DNA of 64,000 nucleotides from Veleropilina oligotropha (GCA_048128005.1 JBEUKZ010000069.1:186001-250000); one strand, 5' to 3'. Positions 1 to 13,702 are shown, numbered from the stretch's first letter. Translations and numbers: made by a program. Notes: generated by a model from the letters alone, not told the origin.

Positions 1-157
1 CAGTTTCAAGACAGCAAATAGTAATTGTGAATGCACCGTTGTGGGGGATATTGATGGCTCTGTCTTATTATTTCAACTTAAACATGGGGATCTTGTTAAA
101 ATTAATGTTGTACCGGTGGAATATGTCGTCTTCTGATAACTATTGTTGAAAATCATG

Positions 158-1224
158 ATTAGTCCCCCACCGCAAGCGAAGCGGGGACTATGGTAATCAG
201 CTCTGTCCATACGTATGTACGTCCCCGTACTGAAAGAACCAATTTCATATATATTTGGTGGAAAGATGCATTGGGGGATACTGCCCACACCAGTCGATTA
301 TGGTGACCACTTCATTTTTAAGGTCACAGGGTGCACTTGACTATTTAGCTCATTCAATTATTGTTAGTGCGATATCTCTAGACAAAAATAATCGACTTCA
401 TTATGTGGTGGATTGATGCATTGCGAGATGTCGCCGAACTCATTCGATTATGGTGACCTTGACCTCATTTTCAAGGTCACATAATGCACTGTACTATTTC
501 AGTGGTTGTTAGGGTGATATCTCAAGATAGAATGAACCGATATCATTTATATGTGGTGGATAGGTGCCTTTGTGGGTACTGCCGACAATTTGATTGTGTC
601 GACTGTGACCTTATTTTCAAGGTCACAGGGTGCATTTTATTATTTCGCTCATTCTAATGTTAGCACGATCTCAAAACGGAATCAATCGATTTCAATTATA
701 TTTGGTGGATATATGCATTGGGGGATACCTCAATCGATTATGGTGACCTTGATCTCATATTCAAGGTCACACAGTTGTTGTTGGCGCATTATCTCAAGAC
801 GTAATGAATCGATTTCATTTACATTTGGTGGATAGATGCATTGGGGGATACCGCCAACACCACTCTATTATGATGACCTTGACCTCATTTTCAAGGTTAC
901 ATGGTGCAGTTTACTCTTTTGCTCTTTCAGTTGTTGATAGCGATATATCTCTAGACAGAATTAACTGATTTCGTTTATATTTGGCAGATACCGTCGACCC
1001 CAGTCAATTATGGTGACCTTTACCATTTCGCTCATTCCGATGTTGTTGGTGCAATATATCAAGACAGAATGAACCAATTTCATTTATATTTGGTTAATAA
1101 ACCCCATTTCACCACATTTTACGTGTCACATAAGCCTCTTTTCTGATGCGTTGATTTTGGCATCATAGATGCGCTCAGTAACATATGGGGGGGAAATTGC
1201 CATTTTGGTGGCAAACGCTTGTTT
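158..1224 (+). mobile_element. Non-autonomous Helentron-associated (HINE/DINE-1-like) repeat with internal tandem subrepeats
   Basis: 5' stem-loop TAGTCCCC..GGGGACTA, a short GTCC/GTAC-type microsatellite, ~6 degenerate subrepeats containing GATGCATTGGGGGATAC...TATGGTGACCTTGACCTCATTTTCAAGGTCAC, and a 3' hairpin TTGCCA..TGGCAA followed by CTTGTTTT. Confidence 0.55.
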
Positions 1225-1439
1225 TCACTTGGGATTGACATTGGAGAGGTACTTATTTCAACGATGAAGGTGAATGTCTTGTATATATCATAATTGAAAG
1301 CCTTCCTCAGTGCATCTTGTTATTGTTTATTCATCTGATCTGGTCTTCAATTGACATGCATTATTTTATCTCGGTTAATTTTGATAATTGAAGCTTATAG
1401 TTAATTATTTACATTAACATTGATGATATTCTATTTTAG

Positions 1440-1657
1440 TTCCTAATCGACGTCCTTGGTCAAAGGAAGAGAAAGCGGCTATTCAAAGACAGTTGGGAAA
1501 ATATATCCGCACGATGCAATGTCCTAATAAGGCATTATGTGAGAATGCTAGACAGCAAGAACTTGCTCTAAAGGACAGATCTTGGACAAATATTAAATTT
1601 CAAGTGAAAAATATGATTACTGCTGCCAAGCATTTACCTAAGAAAATGCTCAAATGA
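1440..1657 (+). CDS. Terminal coding exon (phase 1) encoding a Myb/SANT-like C-terminal domain: PNRRPWSKEEKAAIQRQLGKYIRTMQCPNKALCENARQQELALKDRSWTNIKFQVKNMITAAKHLPKKMLK*
   Basis: Acceptor TTCTATTTTAG ends at 1439; frame open to TGA 1655-1657. The W-S-x-E-E...P-x-K...R-S-W-x-x-I-K pattern resembles C-termini of animal tyrosine-recombinase-like transposon proteins (recalled). Missed by the ORF track because it has no start codon. Confidence 0.65.
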
Positions 1658-1907
1658 ACAACAGACTGCACAAATTTCAATTTTGCTAAATGGGCTTAGC
1701 CAAATAGCAATTGCGTAACTCATTTTTATGTGGAAATGTAATAACTGTTTGATTAAGCTGTATAGCATCATTATCCGAAAGGGGTGTCCTGATGCCTGCA
1801 TACTGTTTGTAATGTCTCCTTTTATGGAGTTAAGTCACAGTTGTCCATACAGGGTAAGATGGGTAAATTTTCCGGAGAGACCAGGTCATCTGGCTTCTCT
1901 TCCGTGA

Positions 1908-4745
1908 TAATAGGGACACGTCCTGGTACCATACTATAACCTGCTGGGTGCTAATAGGGACACGTCCTGGTGCCATACTATAACCCTGCTGGGTGCTAAT
2001 AGGGACACGTCCTGGTACCATACTATAACCCTGCTGGGTGCTAATAGGGACACGTCCTGGTGCCATACTATAACCCTGCTGGGTGCTAATAGGGACACGT
2101 CCTGGTACCATACTATAACCCTGCTGGGTGCTAATAGGGACACGTCCTGGTACCATACTATAACCCTGCTGGGTGCTAATAGGGACACGTCCTGGTACCA
2201 TACTATAACCCTGCTGGGTGCTAATAGGGACACGTCCTGGTACCATACTATAACCCTGCTGGGTGCTAATAGGGACACGTCCTGGTACCATACTATAACC
2301 CTGCTGGGTGCTAATAGGGACACGTCCTGGTACCATACTATAACCCTGCTGGGTGCTAATAGGGACACGTCCTGGTGACATACTATAACCCTGATGGGTG
2401 CTAATAGGGACACGTCCTGGTACCATACTATAACCCTGCTGGGTGCTAATAGGGACACGTCCTGGTACCATACTATAACCCTGCTGGGTGCTAATAGGGA
2501 CACGTCCTGGTACCATACTATAACCCTGCTGGGTGCTAATAGGGACACGTCCTGGTACCATACTATAACCCTGCTGGGTGCTAATAGGGACACGTCCTGG
2601 TACCATACTATAACCCTGCTGGGTGCTAATAGGGACACGTCCTGGTACCATACTATAACCCTGCTGGGTGCTAATAGGGACACGTCCTGGTGCCATACTA
2701 TAACCCTGCTGGGTGCTAATAGGGACACGTCCTGGTGCCATACTATAACCCTGCTGGGTGCTAATAGGGACACGTCCTGGTACCATACTATAACCCTGCT
2801 GGGTGCTAATAGGGACACGTCCTGGTGCCATACTATAACCCTGCTGGGTGCTAATAGGGACACGTCCTAGTACCATACTATAACCCTGCTGGGTGCTAAT
2901 AGGGACACGTCCTGGTACCATACTATAACCCTGCTGGGTGCTAATAGGGACATGTCCTGGTGCCATACTATAACCCTGCTGGGTGCTAATAGGGACACGT
3001 CCTGGTGCCATACTATAACCCTGCTGGGTGCTAATAGGGACACGTCCTGGTACCATACTATAACCCTGCTGGGTGCTAATAGGGACACGTCCTGGTGCCA
3101 TACTATAACCCTGCTGGGTGCTAATAGGGACACGTCCTGGTGCCATACTAGAACCCTGCTGGGTGCTAATAGGGACACGTCCTGGTACCATACTATAACC
3201 CTGCTGGGTGCTAATAGGGACACGTCCTGGTACCATACTATAACCCTGCTGGGTGCTAATAGGGACACGTCCTGGTACCATACTATAACCCTGCTGGGTG
3301 CTAATAGGGACACGTCCTGGTGCCATACTATGACCCTGCTGGGTGCTAATAGGGACACGTCCTGGTACCATACTATAACCCTGCTGGGTGCTAATAGGGA
3401 CACGTCCTGGTACCATACTATAACCCTGCTGGGTGCTAATAGGGACACGTCCTGGTGCCATACTATAACCCTGCTGGGTGCTAATAGCGACACGTCCTGG
3501 TGCCATACTATAACCCTGCTGGGTGCTAATAGGGACACGTCCTGGTGCCATACTATAACCCTGCTGGGTGCTAATAGGGACACGTCCTGGTACCATACTA
3601 TAACCCTGCTGGGTGCTAATAGGGACACGTCCTGGTGCCATACTATAACCCTGCTGGGTGCTAATAGGGACACGTCCTGGTACCATACTATAACCCTGCT
3701 GGGTGCTAATAGGGACACATCCTGGTACCATACTATAGCCCTGCTGGGTGCTAATAGGGACACGTCCTGGTACCATACTATAACCCTGCTGGGTGCTAAT
3801 AGGGACAAGTCCTGGTACCATACTATAACCCTGCTGGGTGCTAATAGGGACACGTCCTGGTACCATACTATAACCCTGCTGGGTGCTAATAGGGACACGT
3901 CCTGGTACCATACTATAACCCTGCTGGGTGCTAATAGGGACACGTCCTGGTACCATACTATAACCCTGCTGGGTGCTAATAGGGACACGTCCTGGTACCA
4001 TACTATAACCCTGCTGGGTGCTAATAGGGACACGTCCTGGTACCATACTATAACCCTGCTGGGTGCTAATAGGGACACGTCCTGGTACCATACTATAACC
4101 CTGCTGGGTGCTAATAGGGACACGTCCTGGTGCCATACTATAACCCTGCTGGGTGCTAATAGGGACACGTCCTGGTACCATACTATAACCCTGCTGGGTG
4201 CTAATAGGGACACGTCCTGGTACCATACTATAACCCTGCTGGGTGCTAATAGGGACACGTCCTGGTACCATTCTATAACCCTGCTGGGTGCTAATAGGGA
4301 CACGTCCTGGTACCATACTATAACCCTGCTGGGTGCTAATAGGGACACGTCCTGGTACCATACTATAACCATGCTGGGTGCTAATAGGGACACGTCCTGG
4401 TGCCATACTATAACCCTGCTGGGTGCTAATAGGGACACGTCCTGGTACCATACTATAACCCTGCTGGGTGCTAATAGGGACACGTCCTGGTACCATACTA
4501 TAACCCTGCTGGGTGCTAATAGGGACACGTCCTGGTACCATACTATTGCCCTGCTGGGTGCTAATAGGGACATGTCCTGGTGCCATACTATAACCCTGCT
4601 GGGTGCTAATAGGGACACGTCCTGGTACCATACTATAACCCTGCTGGGTGCTAATAGGGACACGTCCTGGTACCATACTATAACCCTGCTGGGTGCTAAT
4701 AGGGACACGTCCTGGTACCATACTATAACCCTGCTGGGTGCTAAT
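1908..4745. repeat. 45-bp minisatellite, ~63 near-identical copies (GGGTGCTAATAGGGACACGTCCTGGTACCATACTATAACCCTGCT)
   Basis: Direct reading. Main variant TGGTACCA/TGGTGCCA; no unique spacers. Confidence 0.98.
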
Positions 4746-4876
4746 TCATCTGATATTCAAGATCATTGATCTAAGCCAAACCAATCATCTAGTATATAGT
4801 ATAAATGCACCATAAGTCAGTGTCACTATTAATCGTCAATGCAACTTAGTCATCAATATTTCTTTATTTAATTTAA

Positions 4877-5102
4877 AGTGCTGTTCTACATCGCAGGAGG
4901 GCTTGATCTCACTGTCATATTGTAGTGTATATATTTGTATTACATAATTATGCCATGCATCTGCATATGATGAAAATGCAACAGAACATGATGAGAATGA
5001 GTGCTGTTCTACATCGCTGGAGGGCTTGATCTCACTGTCATATTGTAGTGTATATATTTGTATTACATAATTATGCCATGCATCTGCATATGACGAAAAT
5101 GC
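4877..5102. repeat. Local tandem duplication (period ~123 bp, 2 copies)
   Basis: AGTGCTGTTCTACATCGC...GCATATGA(T/C)GAAAATGC occurs at ~4877 and ~5000. Confidence 0.85.
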
Positions 5103-5899
5103 TGTAACGGTTGGTTTATTTGTTTTTTACGCATGAGCTTATTAATTAAGTTGTGCTGAATATAGGCACATACAACATATACCATGAAGATATATCTTAC
5201 ATTATTGTGATAAGTATAGGTTTAGAAAAGTAATATAATGTTTATCTTTATTTCTGAATGTGATTTTTGGTTATTTATTGATGGATATCTATCCTATCAG
5301 ACGTTTGCTGTTTATAAATATTTATGAGTTACCTTTTGGCTGGTAATAATGTTGTGCTTCACAATGACTTTGGAAGTGCAAGTTTATATTGAAATGTTAA
5401 TAATCGATTTTCTGTATGAAGCCGGATTTCAAGACCATCATATACCAGTTGGCTCATTTATGTTAACAAAATATAAAGTTTTCTAATCGAATGATTCTGA
5501 ATTGATTGATTACTCTACTCATTTGCGTGCTTTGAAAATGATAACTTTATGACAGTAATTGATCATTATTTGCCTAATATCTATAAATATGAGGTGGCAT
5601 TTATGTTTATGTTTCTATTCAAATTGATCAATTAAGAATTAATTTCGATGTCTATCCAAATACATTAGTTCTGCAGTCCTCCATGTGAAAAATTGATGTG
5701 TGCAGCTATTTGTGGAAATCAAGATGTATATTGTCAGACTGGTCAAAGTACGCTGATCACTTCATTCGCTATGATTGCCTTTTTGTTTTATTAAAGATGA
5801 CTTAAAATATTTATATATTTATTTTCTTCTACTCTGTACGTCTGCTTTTATTATTTCCAAAATGTAGAGAACTTGTGTTAGAAAGGAAAGGATCGATGC

Positions 5900-6110
5900 A
5901 CATGTCCTCTATATATTTCCAACCATATTAGGTTCAAAGCAGGACATATTATCGCAGAAGGAAAGCCCGGTCGCCCAGGAAAATCTGCTCTCTCCAACCA
6001 GTTACGGACCGCTGTTATTCATAACTGAACAAATAATGTCATGTCCCAACCGAGATTCGAATCCAATACTGTTCTGCAAAGAAACCACGTGTCTGTCGGA
6101 GCGGCCCGAC
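5900..6110 (-). mobile_element. Degenerate copy of tRNA-derived SINE family 1 (Meta/V-domain-like core)
   Basis: Reverse-complement similarity to 10670-10930 (ATGTCC..TATATTT, AGGACA, GGAAA.CCCGG, CCAGTTACGGAC). Confidence 0.7.
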
Positions 6111-6554
6111 TTGTGTTGGACACTCACAATACACTTACTATTCAACAAAGACAGCATGGATGGGTGGAAAACCAGCATATTTCTTGAATCTTGTAGTACC
6201 TTGTCGAGAGCCACAGAGATATCATGCATGTCAATTATTTTAAATTGTCTCTTTTTACTGTTGTTCATAATTTAATAATGTGGCTTTCATCTTATGATAA
6301 TATCGGCATGCCCTGGTATGAAGCTCTCGAGTTGTTTAATACAGGGTAATAAGCCTCGATTCAAATCAAAATCTTTAATGAAGAAATTAACCTGGATATT
6401 TTTCTCAATTAATATCCATGTAGATTAATATATCTATGTGAAAAAGTTTTCACCTGTCCATTATTATCAAGAGAGGACAGCTATTATACTAAGACAGACA
6501 CAAACCAAATCAGTATGACTATATTTAGCAAATATTCAAATTCAATGATAGGAT

Positions 6555-7205
6555 AGGATCTATGCATAATGTCCTGTATATTTACAACCATAAGATGCAA
6601 AGCAGGACAAGTCGATATTATCAAAACCCAGTCGCCCTGGAAAACTCACCCCCCGACCAGTAAACAGGGCTCGATTTATATGGTAGTCCTGGAGCCCCAG
6701 GATCCTAGATATGACATGGGGCTCCTAGATTCTATTGTCTGGTAGTCCTGGCTCCTACAAATGTTTATATGATTTAGATGAATCTAGATATTACAAATTT
6801 CAGCATAAAAGACTCTGCTTAACTGTGTTAAGAAGGACGTCTACAATAATTATGTTTTGAAAGAGATATTACGTGAAATCTTTAGTGAGTGTGTCCTTAT
6901 CTTTTATGGTGGATAAAATGGATGTTGTCAAAATAGCACTCTCGCTTCATTGGTTATTAATTGAGCTAAAATCAAGCATATGATTAGAAGGGCTCCTGAA
7001 AATTAGTGCGGGCTCCTAAATTTGAAAAGCTATGGGTTACCGGATTTAAAACGCTAAATCGAGCCCTGGTAATGGACAACTGTAGTGTAATTCATAACTG
7101 AACAAATAAGGCCATTGTCCCAACCGAAATTCAAACCCACTAGTGTTTGTGTCAGCAGAATATAACAAGTGCTTTCAGAGTCATCACACGACTGTCGGAG
7201 TGGCC
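6555..7205 (-). mobile_element. SINE family 1 copy split by a MITE insertion
   Basis: 6555-6664 and 7069-7205 join into a continuous SINE matching 24548-24807. Confidence 0.75.
6665..7068. mobile_element. MITE with perfect 14-bp TIRs (CAGGGCTCGATTTA), hAT-like termini
   Basis: CAGGGCTCGATTTA at 6665-6678 and TAAATCGAGCCCTG at 7055-7068; internal GGCTCCT repeats; TSD not clean. Confidence 0.8.
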
Positions 7206-7935
7206 TCAAATTCAATGAAGTCATCTAAATATGGTAAACATCATTGTATTTATGTACATTTCTCTAGCATGTGGTTATAGACATGTCATAATGGAAATTT
7301 CATTTGTTCATCCCATGTCTGCCATCTTGGATTTATTAAATGTTCCTGATTTGAAAACTTTTACATCCCTGAACAGTCAAAATATACACTCGGAAAGAGA
7401 TCGGCAGTATCATAATGTATCCAATGCCTATTGCTCATTTTGCTGTCATAATAGTATACATGGCGATTGCAGAGTATTAATGTTGTTGATCCCGATGTGA
7501 TAAAAATTTCCAAGTGGCAATACCAATGCACAAAAAGTGACCATGACCTTTGGCACAGAACCATGGTAATGGAAGATCAGGGGCAGATGCAGGATTTTGA
7601 AAATGTGTGGGGGGGGGGGGGGGTGGCAACTATTAAGAAATATACAATCAACTGTCTGCGTGGGAATGGGCCTCAAGCGGAGGAATCCATTTTGACAATG
7701 AATGGTGTGAAAACCCCTCGTCTGCATTCTGACAATGCAAAACAAGATATATCTTGCCATCAAATTTGTGAATGGTAAAAAAATGGAGATCTGAACCCAC
7801 CTTGGCCCGGATCGGCCATGAAGACAATACACAAGTCATAAGAATTTTGATACATGACAGAGTATTTTGTAACAATATCCCCTCTATAGCACGAGTATAA
7901 GTCCCTACAGTATAGGTCTGCAAAAATATATTGTG

Positions 7936-8602
<667 letters not shown>

Positions 8603-9277
8603 GCACGTACGTAAGTGCATGCATAGATACATCTACATGGCGAAATGAATAGTGTGCATAATTATCATGACTAAGCATATCCCCGGAATTTGACAGTAAG
8701 CGTCACCAAAATCGTTCTTCATTTAAAATACTAGCGTTTAAGTATGAAAACTAATTTTAGACTTCCAGAAAGGTGTGTCCTCTGAAGTCCACTCGTCCTC
8801 GGAAGTTGTTTATACGCACCTTTGTGAATGTTTGTTGATTACCTCCGCTACAATATATGGATGTCCTGTTACACAATGAAGGGCGCTAAATGGGGTATAA
8901 AGCTTCGGTCAAAATCATTTTTTTCATGAGTATATTCATATCATAAAAGCCATGTTACAAAAAGTAATCCCACGCGCGTGCGTTAAATCTATTGCTGCGT
9001 TCTAATATTCACGTCGTGTTCGCCTGACGAGTGTATTAGACACGAAACAAATCTGTAGCGAATAATAGTATTCATTTTTTTGTATATATATATATATATA
9101 TGCACCCATGAGGAACGGTAAATCGATCCTGTAATGAAGAAACCTCAAGCATCCTATGCAATCAAAATGATTATTGCGTATACATATATTTCGTACAGAT
9201 GCAAAACAGTATACATGTATACCCAAACTTGGAACCATGTAATTAATGTAAATGTCACAAACACAGCAACGAACCAA

Positions 9278-11477
9278 AATTCACTCTTGGCTTTCTTAGA
9301 TTATATCTCCAGCGAAAGCAAGATGAATTTGTATACATAACTATCTTGCAAGACCAATATGGGAAGGTGGATCGATCGTTTTCGATCCACACAACAAGCA
9401 AGACATTGATTCAACATCAATCATGCAAGATAAATGCGACAATAAAACTCGCTAACTGTGTTGAGACACGAAAAAACGCACACTTGCATAATCATACCAA
9501 GAACTTGGAAACACTTTTTATTTATCTGGATCCTCAGCTACTATAGACTTTAGTTATAATATTATCGAACAGTGTGTGTCCGTGAAAGTTCACGTGTCCC
9601 CGGAAGTTAAGAACATACACAGTTTTGAAACATGCGTAGAAACATCCATTTATCAATACATATTGATATAAATGCACGAAGGCATAAAAAAATGCGCACA
9701 TATAATACATACATTATGCAAATGCATTTAAATATACATACATACATGCATGCTTAACATACATAACTCCATTTATAAAGACCTGCGTTATTCAGTCATG
9801 CTTGTTTATTGGTTGGCAACATTGTTTTACGACCACTTTTAGCAATTTTCAGCTGTATCGTACTCGGGACACCCGGTTTAAGGTCTCACTCCGATCTGAC
9901 CGACATACATTCTGGTTATGAATTCACTCTTGGCTTTCTTAGATTATATCTCCAGCGAAAGCAAGATGAATTTGTATACATAACTATCTTGCAAAACCAA
10001 TATGGGAAGGTGGATCGATCGTTTTCGATCCACACAACAAGCAAGACATTGATTCAACATCAATCATGCAAGATAAATGCGACAATAAAACTCGCTAACT
10101 GTGTCGAGACACGAAAAAACGCACACTTGCATAATCATCCCAACAACTTGGAAACACTTTTTATTTATCTGGATCCTCAGCTACTATAAACTTTAGTTAT
10201 AATATTATCGAACAGTGTGTGTCCGTGAAAGTCCACGTGTCCCAGAAAGTTAAGAACTTACACAGTTTTGTAACATGCGTAGAAACATCCATTTATCAAT
10301 ACATATTTACATAAATGCACGAAGGCATACAAAAATGCGCACATATAATACATACATTATGCAAATGCATTTAAATATACATACATACATACATGCATAA
10401 CATACATAACTCCATTTATAAAGACATACGTTATTCAGTCATGCTTGTTTATTGGTTGACAACATTGTTTTACGACCACTTTTAGCAATTTTCAGCTGTA
10501 TCGTACTCGGGACACCCGGTTTAAGGTCTCACTCCGATCTGACCGACATACATTCTGGTTATGAATTCACTCTTGGCTTTCTTAGATTATATCTCCAGCG
10601 AAAGCAAGATGAATTTGTATACATAACTATCTTGCAAGACCAATATGGGAAGGTGGATCGATCGTTTTCGGCCGCTTCGGCAGCGAAGTGGGTAGAGTGT
10701 CCACTCTAACTTCACTGGCTTGATTCCGCTAATGCGAACAGTAGTGGGTTCAATACCTGGCTGAGGCATTGAAATTTGTTCAAGTTATGAATCACAGTTG
10801 TCCGTGACTGGCCGAAGAGGGCGGGTTTACCCGGGTGACCGGGGTTTCCTCCCGCGATAACACGGGCATGTCCTGCCTTGAACCTCGATGTTGTAAATAT
10901 ACAGGACATTAAGCATAATTCCTCCTCCTCGATCGTTTTCGATCCACACAACAAGCAAGACATTGATTCAACATCAATCATGCAAGATAAATGCGACAAT
11001 AAAACTCGGTAACTGTGTCGAGACACGAAAAAACGCACACTTGCATAATCATCCCAACAACTTGGACACACTTTTTATTTATCTGGATCCTCAGCTACTA
11101 TAAACTTTAGTTATAATATTATCGAACAGTGTGTGTCCGTGAAAGTCCACGTGTCCCAGAAAGTTAAGAACTTACACAGTTTTGAAACATGCGTAGAAAC
11201 ACCCATTTATCAATACATATTTACATAAATGCACGAAGGCATACAAAAATGCGCACATATAATACATACATTATGCAAATGCATTTAAATATACATACAT
11301 ACATACATGCATAACATACATAACTCCATTTATAAAGACATACGTTATTCAGTCATGCTTGTTTATTGGTTGACAACATTGTTTTACGACCACTTTTAGC
11401 AATTTTCAGCTGTATCGTACTCGGGACACCCGGTTTAAGGTCTCACTCCGATCTGCCCGACATACATTCTGGTTATG
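9278..11477. repeat. 643-bp tandem repeat, ~3 copies; third copy carries a SINE
   Basis: AATTCACTCTTGGCTTTC recurs at ~9278, 9921 and 10564; duplicated ORFs at 9809/10452 give the 643-bp period. Confidence 0.92.
10670..10930 (+). mobile_element. Full-length tRNA-derived SINE family 1 (Meta/V-like core), with TSD
   Basis: Starts GGCCGCTTC; B-box-like GGGTTCAATACC; core GGTTTACCCGGGTGACCGGGGTTTCCTCCC; (CCT)n tail. TSD TCGATCGTTTTCG at 10658-10670 and 10929-10941; empty sites in the other two 643-bp units. Confidence 0.9.
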
Positions 11478-11754
11478 CCTTTTATTACTTTAAGAGGTAA
11501 GAATGAATCGACGATGATCTCGAACCTGGGACCAACTAAACAGCTTCAGTTGAGAGTCTGACTCACCCGCCAATTCTATGTTCATACACGATACAGTTTG
11601 TCTGCATATCCCTTATTACGCAAAGAGTATTATTTGCAAGTACTAAATTTGTAGAAACTTATTATAAGATGCGCATTGTAATTGCACGCGGGTCCCGATA
11701 TGCGATATCATCGCTATTGTAATACGTCTGGATGTGTGGTGATTTGCATATCCT

Positions 11755-12354
11755 TAAAAGTGGTAGTTGCTAGTGTGTCCACATAATTGGTAATTGCAAG
11801 TGTGTCACAAGAATAGTAATTGCTAGTGTGTCAACATAAGTGGTAATTACTAGTGTGTCCGCATTAGTGGTAATCGTTAATGTGTCCCAAGAAGTGGTAA
11901 ATTTGTGAGTGTCCTCTGAAGTGGAAGAGAGACAGTGTGTCCTCTGAAGTGGAAGAGAGACAGTGTGTCCTCTGAAGTGGAAGAGAGACAGTGTGTCCTC
12001 TGAAGTGGAAGAGAGACAGTGTGTCCCCAGAAGTGGCCATATTCCAGTGCGTCCTCATAAATATTAAATGTATGTGTGTCCCCGTAAGTTGTATTTGTAT
12101 AGTGTGTCCTCAGAAGTAGTGACATTATAGTGTGTCCTCAAAAGTGGAGTAGCATGATCATCACAAGTACCTATAAATCAACCACAAAACGAATTATATA
12201 AAAATTGTCAAATTTGTAATAAATTTTGCATTTGTTACTATGTGAACAGTTTTGGAATATTTACAACTATGTATATCAGCATATTTAGCAATATTTAATG
12301 CTGTCCTCGAAAGTGAGGAACCACTCACAGTCCTCATAAGTGTAGTTAAACACG
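11755..12354 (+). repeat. Subterminal GTGTCC-motif repeats (28-bp x ~4 plus degenerate ~33-bp units) and putative element terminus against (TG)n
   Basis: GTGTGTCCTCTGAAGTGGAAGAGAGACA repeats at ~11907-12035; terminus GTCCTCATAAGTGTAGTTAAACACG at 12330-12354. Confidence 0.65.
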
Positions 12355-12356
12355 TA

Positions 12357-12430
<74 letters not shown>
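12355..12430. repeat. (TG)n/(GCGT)n microsatellite
   Basis: Direct reading. Confidence 0.97.
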
Positions 12431-12431
<1 letters not shown>

Positions 12432-13087
12432 AATTATGTATTAACGTTAACAAATGTGGTAAATCTCGTTGTAAAATTGACCAGTTCATTAACAATCGCC
12501 CAACATTTCTAAGTGAACAAACCAGAACAAATTACAACATGGAATCTAATCTTAATTGCGATTCAACCAATATGATATATTTGATCTCATGTAAATTGTG
12601 TCTCAGGCAATATGTAGGCGAAACCAAAAATGCACTACGGGTGCGGGCTACCCGACATCTTTCCGACATTAGGTTAGATAACGAAGGACCTGTTTCAGAA
12701 CATTTCCATTTACCTGGTCATTGCGTAGACCAACATTTCCAAATCATGCCAATTGAAAAACCACCAACTTTAGCAACACAAGATGAAACTGACCGACTAC
12801 GTAAAGAGAGAGAAAGTTATTGGATTAGAACGCTCATGACAAAACATCCTTGCGGTATGAATGTGCATTCCGGACTGCGTGGTCCGAGAGACATTATACC
12901 TATTCGAATCCAATACAACAGGAAAAATGTTGACGTTGCTAAAATTATCAAAAGCAAATACGCAGAACTGCAAACCAAATTAAGTGTGCCTTTCGAGGCC
13001 AAAACAGTCATAGCATATCGCAAAAATAAGAGTTTACGTGATATGCTTGTTCATTCTAAGCTGAGGGCCACGAGCGAGAACGGTTAG
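12431..13087 (+). CDS. 5'-truncated Penelope-like retroelement ORF: GIY-YIG endonuclease domain (Neptune-like) plus C-terminal extension
   Basis: KCGKSRCK Cys motif, NCDSTNMIYLISCKLC-RQYVGET (GIY-YIG), R..RH, PVSEHF..PGH, RESYWIRTL.T..P.GMN are typical of PLE endonucleases. The upstream CVRA repeats of the track ORF are only microsatellite. No RT domain present. Confidence 0.88.
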
Positions 13088-13290
13088 TCTCACTAACTCC
13101 TGCTTAATTAAGTAAATATTTGTTAAAGCTATTTCAAAATAGATCTTGACTAAAGTATAAACGAATTATACTTCAACCAGCATAAACAAACCAGTTTGGT
13201 TTAAACAAAAACGGCAAGTCTCTATGATAAGATTAAGCTAAAATATAACTGATGATCAATATCTGTGCCAGTGCGTTTTACAATATAAAA

Positions 13291-13491
13291 TACATACATA
13301 CATACATACATACATACATGCATGCATGCATGCATGCATGCATGCATGCATGCATGCATGCATGCATGCATGCATGCATGCATGCATACATACATACATA
13401 CATACATACATACATACATACATACATACATACATACATACATACATACATACATACATACATACATACATCCATACATACATACATACAT
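13291..13491. repeat. (TACA)n/(TGCA)n microsatellite between the PLE 3' end and the 287-bp array
   Basis: Direct reading. Confidence 0.97.
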
Positions 13492-13702
13492 ACATTTTAA
13501 CTGATACACGAATTTCATATGTTATTTAATAATATTATGATATGACGAATGACCGTATACATCGTTGCCAGTGCGTTTAATATATGTTGGTTAAAACAAA
13601 ATCATGTTATGCCTCCTATATAATTGTCTGATAAATACATACAAGCCAGCGCCGACCGTAACTGGTCATCAAGTATCAGTTTCAATGCCATATATTTCGT
13701 CG

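Larger units (their letters stand above)
1..7935 (+). mobile_element. Putative right-hand part of a microsatellite-anchored DNA element (Crypton/tyrosine-recombinase-like, inferred); left boundary lies outside the window
   Basis: Contains a terminal Myb/SANT-like exon (1440-1657) and an array of inward AGGGAC motifs (45-bp minisatellite). Ends in GTCCCTACAGTATAG... (7901-7935) directly against (TA)n. Same architecture as 22606-34803. Confidence 0.4.

Noticed and set aside
1908..4745. CRISPR-like array
   Set aside because: No unique spacers, no cas genes, eukaryotic context.
1830..4769. Long ORFs (963, 613, 605 aa) across the 45-bp repeat
   Set aside because: Open frames on both strands are a by-product of a 45-nt unit lacking stops; no non-repetitive coding context.
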